A stretch of 64,000 nt of DNA from Eledone cirrhosa (Eukaryota), in contig OZ024765.1 of assembly GCA_964016885.1 (NCBI GenBank), forward strand, positions 18,352,001 through 18,416,000, read 5' to 3'. The notes beneath the pieces are model-generated. The model was not told where the DNA came from. It searched no databases and saw only the letters and a list, made by a program, of their open reading frames with translations. The stretch's first letter is position 1. Every line of letters starts with the position of its first letter. This document shows positions 24,101-33,730 of the stretch, one piece after another. A program made the position numbers and the translations under genes.

Positions 24101-27100
24101 ATGCCCTTCCTATCACCAACCACTTTGCAACATGTACTTGGTGTGTTTATCATGTAATTAGTGACACTAGGGAAGTTGTATCTTTGACACGACTGAAGGG
24201 ACCTCCTAACCCTTTGTCCCTTATCCAAGCTTTCTATGGCTGGATGCCCTTCCTATCACCAACCACTTTGCAGCATGTACTTGGTGTGTTTATCATGTAA
24301 TTAGTGACACTAGGGAAGTTGTATCTTTGACACGACTGAAGGGACCTCCCAACCCTTTGTCCCTTATCCAAGCTTTCTATGGCTGGATGCCCTTCCTATC
24401 ACCAACCACTATGCAACATTTACTCGGTGTGTTTATCATGTAATTAGTGACACTAGGGAAGTTGTATCTTTGACACGACTGAAGGGACCTCCCAACCCTT
24501 TGTCCCTTATCCAAGCTTTCTATGGCTGGATACCCTTCCTATCACCAACCACTATGCAGCATGTACTCGGTGTGTTTATCATGTAATTAGTGACACTAGG
24601 GAAGTTGTATCTTTGACACGACTGAAGGGTCCTCTTGACCCTTAACCCTTTAATGTTCAAACCGGCCAGAATTCTCTACCTTTTTCTGTTGAAACTGGCT
24701 GTAACTGGTCACTCAAACTGATGTTAAGGTATTGTTCTCAAAATAAATACTTTCAAAATCTCATAGATTCGACATTATGTGAGGTAAAGCCTTTACCATG
24801 AAAATATAATAGTATATATAGAGTAATGTAAATGTTATGTGAGGTAAAGCCTTTACTGTGAAAATACAATAGTATATATAGAGTAATGTAAATGTTATGT
24901 GAGATATTATGTGAGGTAAAGCCTTTACTGTGAAAATACAATAGTATATATAGAGTAATGTGAGTGTTATGTGAGATATTATGTGAGGTAAAGCCTTTAC
25001 TGTGAAAATACAATAGTATATATAGAGTAATGTAAATGTTATGTGAGATATTATGCGAGGTAAAGCCTTTACCATGAAAATATAATAGTATATATAGAGT
25101 AATGTGAATGTTATGTGAGATATTATGCAAGGTAAAGCCTTTACCATGAAAATACAATAGTATATATAGAGTAATGTGAATGTTATGTGAGGTAAAACCT
25201 TTACCATGATAATATAATAGTATATATAGAGTACTGTGAATGCTAAAGGGTTAATTTGGCAAGCTATTTACAGCTGGACACCTTTCCTATCACCAACCAC
25301 TTTACAGCATGTACTGGGTGTGTTTATTATGTAGATATAGAACAACAACTCTAGGGAGGTTGTCGTGTCTTTGACACAACTGAAAAGTCCTCCCAACCCT
25401 TTGTCTGCATTTCATTTCATTTACATACGCCCTTGTGCTCTACCGCATGCACAGGAAAGGTTGTCATGTCTTTTGACACAACTGAAATGTCCACCCAACC
25501 CTTTGTCTGCATCTCATTTCATTTACATACGCCCTTATGCTCTACTGCATGCACAGGAAAGGTTGTCATGTCTTTTGACACAACTGAAAAGTCCTCCCAA
25601 CCCTTTGTCTGCATTTCATTTCATTTACATACGCCCTTATGCTCTACCGCATGCACAGGAAAGGTTGTCATGTCCACCCAACCCTTTGTCTGCATCTCAT
25701 TTCATTTACATACGCCCTTATGCTCTACCGCATGCACAGGAAAGGTTGTCATGTCTTTTGACACAACTGAAAAGTCCACCCAACCCTTTGTCTGCATCTT
25801 ATTTCATTTACATACGCCCTTATGCTCTACTGCATGCACAGGAAAGGTTGTCATGTCTTTTGACACTACTGAAATGTCCACCCAACCCTTTGTCTGCATC
25901 TTATTTCATTTACATACGCCCTTATGCTCTACCGCATGCACAGGAAAGGTTGTCATGTCTTTTGACACAACTGAAATGTCCACCCAACCCTTTGTCTGCA
26001 TCTTATTTCATTTACATACGCCCTTATGCTCTACCGCATGCACAGGAAAGGTTGTCATGTCTTTTGACACAACTGAAATGTCCACCCAACCCTTTGTCTG
26101 CATCTTATTTCATTTACATACGCCCTTATGCTCTACCGCATGCACAGGAAAGGTTGTCATGTCTTTTGACACAACTGAAATGTCCACCCAACCCTTTGTC
26201 TGCATCTTATTTCATTTACATACGCCCTTATGCTCTACCACATGCACAGGAAAGGTTGTCATGTCTTTTGACACAACTGAAATGTCCACCCAACCCTTTG
26301 TCTGCATCTCATTTCATTTACATACGCCCTTATGCTCTACCGCATGCACAGGAAAGGTCGTCATGTCTTTTGACACTACTGAAATGTCCACCCAACCCTT
26401 TGTCTGCATCTTATTTCATTTACATACGCCCTTATGCTCTACCGCATGCACAGGAAAGGTTGTCATGTCTTTTGACACAACTGAAATGTCCACCCAACCC
26501 TTTGTCTGCATCTTATTTCATTTACATACGCCCTTATGCTCTACCGCATGCACAGGAAAGGTTGTCATGTCTTTTGACACAACTGAAATGTCCACCCAAC
26601 CCTTTGTCTGCATCTTATTTCATTTACATACGCCCTTATGCTCTACCACATGCACAGGAAAGGTTGTCATGTCTTTTGACACAACTGAAATGTCCACCCA
26701 ACCCTTTGTCTGCATCTCATTTCATTTACATACGCCCTTATGCTCTACCGCATGCACAGGAAAGGTCGTCATGTCTTTTGACACTACTGAAATGTCCACC
26801 CAACCCTTTGTCTGCATCTTATTTCATTTACATACGCCCTTATGTTCTACCGCATGCACAGGAAAGGTTGTCATGTCTTTTGACACAACTGAAATGTCCA
26901 CCCAACCCTTTGTCTGCATCTCATTTCATTTACATACGCCCTTATGCTCTACCGCATGCACAGGAAAGGTTGTCATGTCTTTTGACACAACTGAAATGTC
27001 CACCCAACCCTTTGTCTGCATCTTATTTCATTTACATACGCCCTTATGTTCTACCGCATGCACAGGAAAGGTTGTCATGTCTTTTGACACAACTGAAAAG

Positions 27101-30100
27101 TCCACCCAACTCTTTGTCTGCATCTCATTTCATTTACATACGCCCTTATGCTCTACCGCATGCACAGGAAAGGTTGTCATGTCTTTTGACACAACTGAAA
27201 TGTCCACCCAACCCTTTGTCTGCATCTCATTTCATTTACATACGCCCTTATGCTCTACCGCATGCACAGGAAAGGTTGTCATGTCTTTTGACACAACTGA
27301 AATGTCCACCCAACCCTTTGTCTGCATCTTATTTCATTTACATACGCCCTTATGTTCTACCGCATGCACAGGAAAGGTTGTCATGTCTTTTGACACAACT
27401 GAAATGTCCACCCAACCCTTTGTCTGCATTTCATTTCATTTACATACGCCCTTATGCTCTACCGCATGCACAGGAAAGGTTGTCATGTCTTTTGACACAA
27501 CTGAAATGTCCACCCAACCCTTTGTCTGCATCTTATTTCATTTACATACGCCCTTATGTTCTACCGCATGCACAGGAAAGGTTGTCATGTCTTTTGACAC
27601 AACTGAAATGTCCACCCAACCCTTTGTCTGCATTTCATTTCATCTACATACGCCCTTATGCTCTACGGCATGCACAGGAAAGGTTGTCATGTCTTTTGAC
27701 ACAACTGAAATGTCCACCCAACCCTTTGTCTGCATCTTATTTCATTTACATACGCCCTTATGCTCTACCGCATGCACAGGAAAGGTTGTCATGTCTTTTG
27801 ACACAACTGAAATGTCCACCCAACCCTTTGTCTGCATTTCATTTCATCTACATACGCCCTTATGCTCTACCGCATGCACAGGAAAGGTTGTCATGTCTTT
27901 TGACACAACTGAAATGTCCACCCAACCCTTTGTCTGCATTTCATTTCATCTACATACGCCCTTATGCTCTACCGCATGCACAGGAAAGGTTGTCATGTCT
28001 TTTGACACAACTGAAATGTCCACCCAACCCTTTGTCTGCATTTCATTTCATCTACATACGCCCTTATGCTCTACTGCATGCACAGGAAAGGTTGTCATGT
28101 CTTTTGACACAACTGAAAAGTCCTCCCAACCCTTTGTCTGCATTTCATTTCATTTACATACGCCCTTATGCTCTACCGCATGCACAGGAAAGGTTGTCAT
28201 GTCTTTTGACACAACTGAAATGTCCACCCAACCCTTTGTCTGCATCTCATTTCATTTACATACGCCCGTATGCTCTACTGCATGCACAGGAAAGGTTGTC
28301 ATGTCCACCCAACCCTTTGTCTGCATCTCATTTCATTTACATACGCCCTTATGCTCTACCGCATGCACAGGAAAGGTTGTCATGTCTTTTGACACAACTG
28401 AAATGTCCACCCAACCCTTTGTCTGCATCTCATTTCATTTACATACGCCCGTATGCTCTACTGCATGCACAGGAAAGGTTGTCATGTCTTTTGACACAAC
28501 TGAAATGTCCACCCAACCCTTTGTCTGCATCTCATTTCATTTACATACGCCCTTATGCTCTACTGCATGCACAGGAAAGGTTGTCATGTCTTTTGACACA
28601 ACTGAAATGTCCACCCAACCCTTTGTCTGCATCTCATTTCATTTACATACGCCCGTATGCTCTACTGCATGCACAGGAAAGGTTGTCATGTCTTTTGACA
28701 CAACTGAAAAGTCCTCCCAACCCTTTGTCTGCATTTCATTTCATTTACATACGCCCTTATGCTCTACCGCATGCACAGGAAAGGTTGTCATGTCCACCCA
28801 ACCCTTTGTCTGCATCTCATTTCATTTACATACGCCCTTATGCTCTACCGCATGCACAGGAAAGGTTGTCATGTCTTTTGACACAACTGAAATGTCCACC
28901 CAACCCTTTGTCTGCATCTCATTTCATTTACATACGCCCTTATGTTCTACCGCATGCACAGGAAAGGTCGTCATGTCTTTTGACACAACTGAAATGTCCA
29001 CCCAACCCTTTGTCTGCATCTCATTTCATTTACATACGCCCTTATGTTCTACCGCATGCACAGGAAAGGTCGTCATGTCTTTTGACACAACTGAAATGTC
29101 CACCCAACCCTTTGTCTGCATCTCATTTCATTTACATACGCCCTTATGCTCTACCGCATGCACAGGAAAGGTTGTCATGTCTTTTGACACTACTGAAGTG
29201 TCCACCTAACCAAAGGTTTTGTTGGGTGGACATTTTTGTTTGGCAAACTTTCTGAAGCTGAATGCCCTTCCTACCACCAACCACTTTGCAGCATGTGTTC
29301 AGTATGTTTATCATGTAAATCACCAACATTAAGGAGGTTGTCATCTTTTGACATGACTGTAGGGTCCTCCCAGCCCTTAATTTGGCAAGCTATCTATGAT
29401 TGGATGCCCTTCCTACCACCAACCACTTTACAGCATGTACTGGGTGCATTTTACATGACTGAAGGGTTCTCCCTGACCTGTTATTTGGCAGGCTTTCTAC
29501 GGCTGGATACCTTTCCTATCATGATGATGGGGATGGTGATGATGATGACAATGATGATGGTGATGACAATGATGATGGTGATCGTGATGATGATGATAAT
29601 GATGATAGTGATGATGGTGATGGTGATGATGATGACTGTGGTGATGGTAACAATGATGATGACTGATGACTGATGATGATGGTGATGATGATGACTGATG
29701 ACTGATGATGGTGATGGTAACAATGATGATGATGACTGATGATGGTGATGATGATGATGATGATGACTGTGGTGATGATAACAATGATGATGACAATGAT
29801 GGTGATGACGATGATGATGACTGGTGATGGTGATGACAATGATGATGACTGATGATTGTGATGATGATGATGATGATAGTGATGGTGATGGTGATGATGA
29901 TGACTGTGGTGATGGTAACAATGATGATGACTGATGATGGTGATGACAATGGTGATGATGATGACTGATGACTGATGATGGTGATGATGACAATGGTGAT
30001 GACTGATGATGGTGATGACAATGCTGATGACTGTAATGATGATGACTGTGGTGATGGTAACAATGACAATGATGATGACTGCTGATGGTGATGACAATGA

Positions 30101-30598
30101 TGATGATGATGGTAACAATGATGATGATGATGACTGATGATAGTGATGACAATGATGATGACTGATGACTGGTGATGGTGATGACAATGGTGATGACAAT
30201 GATGATGATGGTGATGACAATGATGATGACTGATGATGGTGATGGTGATGACAATGATGATGACTGATGACTGGTGATGGTGATGACAATGATGACAATG
30301 ATGATGATGATGATCTTAAGTCTTATGTTTGATGTTTTACTTTCTATTTCAGTCAATTCTGAATCGTAGGAAGAAACTGAAGAATCGGACATACGGCGTT
30401 GTCGATGACGAAGATGTGCAGCCTGGCACGAGCACCGAGACTGCGACATCGTCAGGCCGTCAACCCAGCACAAGCTCAGACACCGTTGCATCCTATCGCG
30501 TTCTTCAGCCGGCCGAGAAAGTGGCAGCAGAAAGCACTCAACACCCGCCACCACCAACATCATCACCAGCAGCTGGTACAGAGGAGAATACTGGCTAA
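9022..30598 (+). CDS. SNAPC1: snRNA-activating protein complex subunit 1 (SNAP43), spliced; join(9022-9195,10483-10611,15068-15208,15766-15873,16338-16456,18791-18833,23379-23396,30353-30598), ~325 aa
   Basis: All introns are GT-AG and phase-consistent; total 978 nt including stop. Peptides GVQADFEILF..F...WRQMKM..I.MGR, YFHPPYTFEVKTGAFFLIYGLYSTQ..PKIKIRCTLNDW and FIFHRL..QKAF parallel human SNAPC1 (GLQTDCEALL, YFLPPYTFQIRVGALYLLYGLYNTQ, KIRVALKDW, YIFRKL..DRAF; recalled). Confidence 0.9.
9218..9560 (+). mobile_element. Two Nin/Deu-like SINE copies in intron 1
   Basis: Same head and GCCTTTCATCC...GGGGTCGATAAAATAAAGTACCAG core. Confidence 0.85.
9562..9955 (+). mobile_element. Full-length CORE/Meta-like SINE inserted into a Nin-like SINE
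   Basis: GGAGGCACATGGCTTAGTGG (A box), GAGTTCAATTC (B box), CCTTGAGCAAAACACTT CORE-like block, (GAT)n tail. The interrupted host SINE resumes at ~9955 (AATGCACTGGGGTAAT). Confidence 0.85.
10483..10611 (+). CDS. SNAPC1: SNAPC1 coding exon 2
   Basis: ttttgcAG acceptor; LIDECL...PPYTF...TPKIK; donor GTGAGT at 10612. Confidence 0.92.
10738..11400. mobile_element. piggyBac-like MITE with ~7 internal 72-bp tandem units
   Basis: TTAA at 10738 and 11397, CCCTT/AAGGG termini; unit ACATTTACATTACTCTATATATACTATT...CTCACATA. Confidence 0.85.
11521..12045. repeat. 25-bp minisatellite, ~21 copies
   Basis: Unit TATTATGTTAACACTAYTGTTGTGC. Confidence 0.95.
12044..12378 (+). mobile_element. Tc1/mariner-superfamily (DDxD-type) transposase C-terminal fragment with right terminus
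   Basis: AFLDQTFPNCWIGRGGPLTWPAHSPDLTPCDFWSWGMVKERVY; ends ...GACTCACCCTG-TA. Confidence 0.88.
12700..14048 (+). repeat. Nin-like SINE whose 3' 77 bp is tandemly amplified ~16 times
   Basis: A single tRNA-like head at ~12700-12800, then unit GGGGTCGATAAAATAAAGTACCAG...GTAGAAACAATTATTAC; the 77-nt period also shows in the ORF track. Confidence 0.95.
14213..14660. mobile_element. Inverted pair of Nin-like SINEs (+ 14213-14408; - ~14505-14660)
   Basis: The second copy is the reverse complement of the first. Confidence 0.85.
15068..15208 (+). CDS. SNAPC1: SNAPC1 coding exon 3
   Basis: cctacAG acceptor; IRCTLNDWEEL...VASTNN; donor GTAAGT at 15209. Confidence 0.92.
15309..15646 (-). mobile_element. 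Full-length CORE/Meta-like SINE
   Basis: Reverse complement of the 9562 family, (CAT)n at the left end. Confidence 0.88.
15766..15873 (+). CDS. SNAPC1: SNAPC1 coding exon 4
   Basis: ttcAG acceptor; IFQKEYSY...NAENIQ; donor GTTTGT at 15874. Confidence 0.8.
15885..16185. repeat. (CT)n-rich microsatellite
   Basis: Directly visible. Confidence 0.92.
16338..16456 (+). CDS. SNAPC1: SNAPC1 coding exon 5
   Basis: ttgtAG acceptor; ELSALHNQYQRVK... (cf. human EMLNVHDHYQNMK); donor GTAAGT at 16457, phase 2. Confidence 0.85.
16491..16972 (+). mobile_element. Chimeric RTE-fragment/Meta-like non-autonomous retroelement (5'-truncated copy)
   Basis: Near-identical to 17998-18470; (GAT)n tail. Confidence 0.75.
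16978..17587. mobile_element. Inverted pair of a second CORE-like SINE subfamily (- 16978-17180; + 17369-17587)
   Basis: GTGAAGGCGTGTGGCTGAGTGGTTAGAG head and GTCCTTGAGCAAGACACTT block present in both orientations. Confidence 0.85.
17740..18472 (+). mobile_element. Chimeric RTE-fragment/Meta-like retroelement
   Basis: LERNEACMLRWMC...RRLRWYGHVMRM...GRARKTWDE...DRDLWR (RTE C-terminus), then AGGAAGGGCATCCAGC block and (GAT)n. Confidence 0.8.
18791..18833 (+). CDS. SNAPC1: SNAPC1 coding exon 6
   Basis: Pyrimidine tract then ccAG; completes the phase-2 codon and reads (K)MLTKFQKEKESSLG; donor GTAAGT at 18834. Confidence 0.75.
19000..19975. repeat. Unclassified AT-rich dispersed repeat interrupted by a CORE/Meta-like SINE (19414-19843, +)
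   Basis: An uninterrupted inverted copy lies at ~35165-35615 and a partial direct copy at ~43815-43990. Confidence 0.7.
20163..21373. mobile_element. piggyBac-like MITE with ~15 internal 72-bp units
   Basis: TTAA at 20163 and 21370; opposite orientation to the 10738 copy. Confidence 0.85.
21986..22428 (+). mobile_element. Full-length CORE/Meta-like SINE
   Basis: Same family as 9562, with 3 copies of the internal ~49-bp block. Confidence 0.88.
23010..23302 (+). mobile_element. RTE LINE 3' end
   Basis: RERRLRWYGHVMRMEDDRWVKKCEEMPVEGRRGRGRPRKTW...RDRDEWR, then (GAT)n tail. Confidence 0.9.
23379..23396 (+). CDS. SNAPC1: SNAPC1 candidate 18-nt microexon (KHKSDD)
   Basis: T-rich tract + cAG, then AAACACAAGTCAGATGAT, then GTAAGT; phase 0-0. 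Confidence 0.6.
23607..24640. repeat. 143-bp minisatellite, ~7 copies
   Basis: Period from CGACTGAAGG at 23761 and 23904; includes the reverse-complement Meta-like block GGCTGGATGCCCTTCCTATCACCAACCAC. Confidence 0.93.
24642..25254. mobile_element. piggyBac-like MITE with ~7 internal units
   Basis: TTAA at 24642 and 25251, CCCTTTA/TAAAGGG ends. Confidence 0.85.
25355..29210. repeat. 102-bp intronic satellite, ~38 copies
   Basis: Unit GAAAGGTTGTCATGTCTTTTGACACAACTGAAATGTCCACCCAACCCTTTGTC...GCATGCACAG; 34-aa periodicity in the ORF track. Confidence 0.97.
29521..30314. repeat. Degenerate (GAT)n trinucleotide tract
   Basis: Directly visible; ends ~40 nt upstream of the last SNAPC1 acceptor. Confidence 0.95.
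30353..30598 (+). CDS. SNAPC1: SNAPC1 last coding exon
   Basis: tttcAG acceptor; SILNRRKKLKNRTYG... (basic segment like human SLAKIKSKAF), then a low-complexity S/T/P tail; TAA at 30596-30598. Confidence 0.72.
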   Translation, partial: SILNRRKKLKNRTYGVVDDEDVQPGTSTETATSSGRQPSTSSDTVASYRVLQPAEKVAAESTQHPPPPTSSPAAGTEENTG

Positions 30599-31500
30599 TG
30601 TTAGCTTTGTCAGCAGTGTTGGCCACATTTGGATTGGATATGATGATGGTGATGATGACGATGATGATGATGATACTACATGATGATGAACTAATAAGTA
30701 AGCATATACATGGTTCGTTCAACATGTTAGAGAAATAGCAGCCAAATCAGCCTCAAATTACAACCCCCTACTATCTGAAAAAAAAGGGACATATATGTTT
30801 GAACTAGAGAGGGAGCTTCTCTGTTAGGCATGGGCACCATTTTTTAGAGAAGTAGGCTACCTAGGAAGGGGTTTCATGACAAAGTGGGCACACTACTAAA
30901 AATTTCAAGGCAATTTTTAAATTAGGAAATTAGGAGTGTCATTCAGAAAGCCAAACGGGTTGCAGTTTGCTCATGATTGTGTTATATGTGTTTATGCAGT
31001 CTGCTAGAAATAACAGCCATATCTCCATCAAATTACACTCTACCATCAGTATTTAAACTGGCTGTATCCGGCTAGATTTCTCCCACCTCTTTCTGTTTAA
31101 ACCGGCTGTAACTGGCTGCTCATGCTGATATTATGTGAGGTAAAGCTTTTGCCATGAAAATATAATAGTATATATAGAGTAATGTAAATGCTAAAGGGTT
31201 AAAATAAAGGGTCTGTATTTGAGCTAATGAGGGAGCTTCTATATATTTAGATCAAATTATACTTTGGGATTCATGTACTGCCCTGTGGTGGTCAAGAATG
31301 AGACAGGTTTGGATCAGCTGCTACATAAATGCTGAATATTCAATCCAATCCAGGGCCTTCTCCTGTTGAAGGAAACCCTCCCTGGTTGACCTCCACCACT
31401 TTCTGTTCAATTTTGGTCATGGGATGTACCCATACTCACCACAAGTGGCCAGTTGCGGGTTGGTGTGACTATTTAACTCATAATTGTGGGTAAATATGTA

Positions 31501-31650
31501 CCGTATTTCCCAGCGTCGAGGATGCTACTTTTTTCCTAAAATAAGTCTCAAAAATCAACCATATGTCCTGGAGGCCAAAGGTTATTTGATATTTTTTTTT
31601 TAATTTTTGGTTGTCAAAATTAGGGTGCGTCCTCGAGGACGGGAAATACA

Positions 31651-31651
<1 letters not shown>
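31501..31651. mobile_element. pogo/Tc2-like MITE
   Basis: TA-CCGTATTTCCCAGCGTCGAGGATGC...GCGTCCTCGAGGACGGGAAATACAG-TA imperfect TIRs with TA flanks. Confidence 0.7.
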
Positions 31652-31697
<46 letters not shown>

Positions 31698-31698
<1 letters not shown>

Positions 31699-32276
31699 TG
31701 ACCTTGCTCACTTACACCTCTCTAAAACAATGTCACTGGATCGAGATCTTTGGTGCTACACAGTTATACAGAAGACCTGCCTTCCCTTACATACAAATTT
31801 AAACCTACAGTCAATAGGCACCTCTTAACCCAATATACACCCCCATTTACTCCATCCTTCAACTTCTGTGCACACCACCCTTTCTATGTTGGAACCACAG
31901 AACATCCAGTCCACACAATAAAGTGGCCGTGTATGAGTCACGGTAAAAAGTGCCCAGTACTCACTGTAGAGTGGTCGTATAAGTGTCACGATAAAAAGTG
32001 CCCAGTACTCATTGTAGAGTGGTCGTGTAGGTGTCACGATAAAAAGTACCCAGTACTCATTGTAAAGTGGCCGTGTATGAGTCACGGTAAAAAGGCTCCC
32101 AGTCCACACTGTAAATGTGGTTGGTGTTAGGAAGGGAATCCAGCCGTAGAAAACCTACCAGAGACAGTTCTGTACGAGTGAGACACGGTCAACCAACCAA
32201 TCTTGACTCAAGTGGGACAAAACCGTCTAACCCATGCTAGTGTGGAAGATGGGCATTAAACGATGATGATGATGAT
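31698..32276 (+). mobile_element. Diverged copy of the RTE-fragment/Meta-like chimeric element
   Basis: DLAHLHLSKTMSLDRDLW, internal ~45-bp repeats, AGGAAGGGAATCCAGCC block, (GAT)n. Confidence 0.7.
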
Positions 32277-33461
32277 ATATCTGGATATGTAAAATCCTAA
32301 CCATGGCACCAAGCAGTTTCGGCTTGTGTGTTCAGCGAGGCTTGAAAAGGCTTACTGAGCACACGGGCCAAAACCACTTAATGGGGATTTTACATACCCC
32401 TATACCTACTCTGCATCTCCCTATGTATTGAGTACTCACATGATGAGTGGTCTCCTTGGTCCCAGCACTGCCATGCTAGCATGGAAAAATGGATGTAAAA
32501 TGGTGTTGATGATATATATATATATGTATATATCCAACCAGGGCCTTCTCACTTGTGTTAGAGAAACCCCTCTCTAGTTGACTTTGAGGAGTTCATCTGC
32601 CCTTTTAACAGCTTGTTTTTTTTTTTAGCTGCTGGAGTACTGCTTACCCTCCACATCAGACCAGGGTCTAGCGGGTGAACCAGTTTATTTGCTGACCACT
32701 CGACTTTGAAGCAGGTTGTACTAGCTACATGGTAGCAGGCAGGAGCCTGACTTGACCAGACCAAGGTCTAGTGGGAGAGCTGGTTTAGTCACCAACCACT
32801 CAGCCATGAAGCAGGTTCTTTTGGGTTTACATGGTACCACTATTTTATCAACATCACCATTGGGTTACATGGTAACCCAGTGGTGATGTTGATGATGATC
32901 ATCGTCAGCTTGATGGTATATCTCAACTGTACCCCACGGCCAAGATAATAGAAATACTGCTGCCAGCAATACCCACTACATTGACCACTCCAACCCATAG
33001 AACAGACTCTACACTCTTAACTGGACAATATATTTCAGATGTGGACAAGATATCGAAAGCTTTGCCACAGACAACAGCCAGTGAAACCCACTGCATCAGC
33101 CACTACACCTTATGGGACAAACTTTACCATCTTAGCTGGGTGGTATATCTTAGCTGCACTCTGTGGACAAGATGTCGAGAGCTTTGCCACAGACAACAGC
33201 CAGTGAAACCCACTACATCAGCCAGTCTACAACATGGAGCTCTTTCCTCAGGCATATGTTGCCCTCATGCTGATTTGGCAGAGGAACATGGCAGTTTGGG
33301 GACTGAGGGCACTGAGGTCTCAATAGCAATCTGTACTAAAAAGAAATGGTATGTCAGTGGTTGGTATTTGGTCCTCTTCTGCATTCTAACTAGTAACACA
33401 CAGGTTTGTGGCTCTAGGTTGGGCAGCTTTCAACAAGAACAAGGTAGTACTAACATCAAAA

Positions 33462-33730
33462 CGAGTTTCCTATCATTTGAGGACTAAGATCTTTGAGACT
33501 TATATCCTACCAGTTGTGTTATATGGTCTTGACTGTGTTAATTGGACGAGGACAAGGTCACTTTAGAAGCTCTCTACATTGCAGAACCACATCATGAGAC
33601 TTATAACTGGCAAGCGGCTCAGCGACCGTATCTGTATCAGTGAGCTGCTCAACATTACCAAACTTAGACCAATTACATCAATTGTCAAGTCAAGAGTACT
33701 CAAACTATACGGTCATATAAAAAGATCAAC
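33462..33730 (+). mobile_element. RTE-like LINE ORF2 fragment
   Basis: LRTKIFETYILPVVLYGLDC...QNHIMRLITG...KSRVLKLYGHIKR. Confidence 0.75.

Noticed and set aside
25365-29255. 1296-aa and 1258-aa ORFs as protein-coding genes
   Set aside because: They are translations of a 102-bp stop-free satellite inside a SNAPC1 intron, with no unique domains.
29481-30725. His/Ile/Ser-rich ORFs, and the YI- and SL/ER-repeat ORFs at 48791-49795 and 15637-16285
   Set aside because: Microsatellite translations.
32930-33420. Host exon(s) in the 168-aa ORF at 32981
   Set aside because: Contains an internal duplication and no recognisable host domain; more likely decayed LINE sequence on the minus strand.
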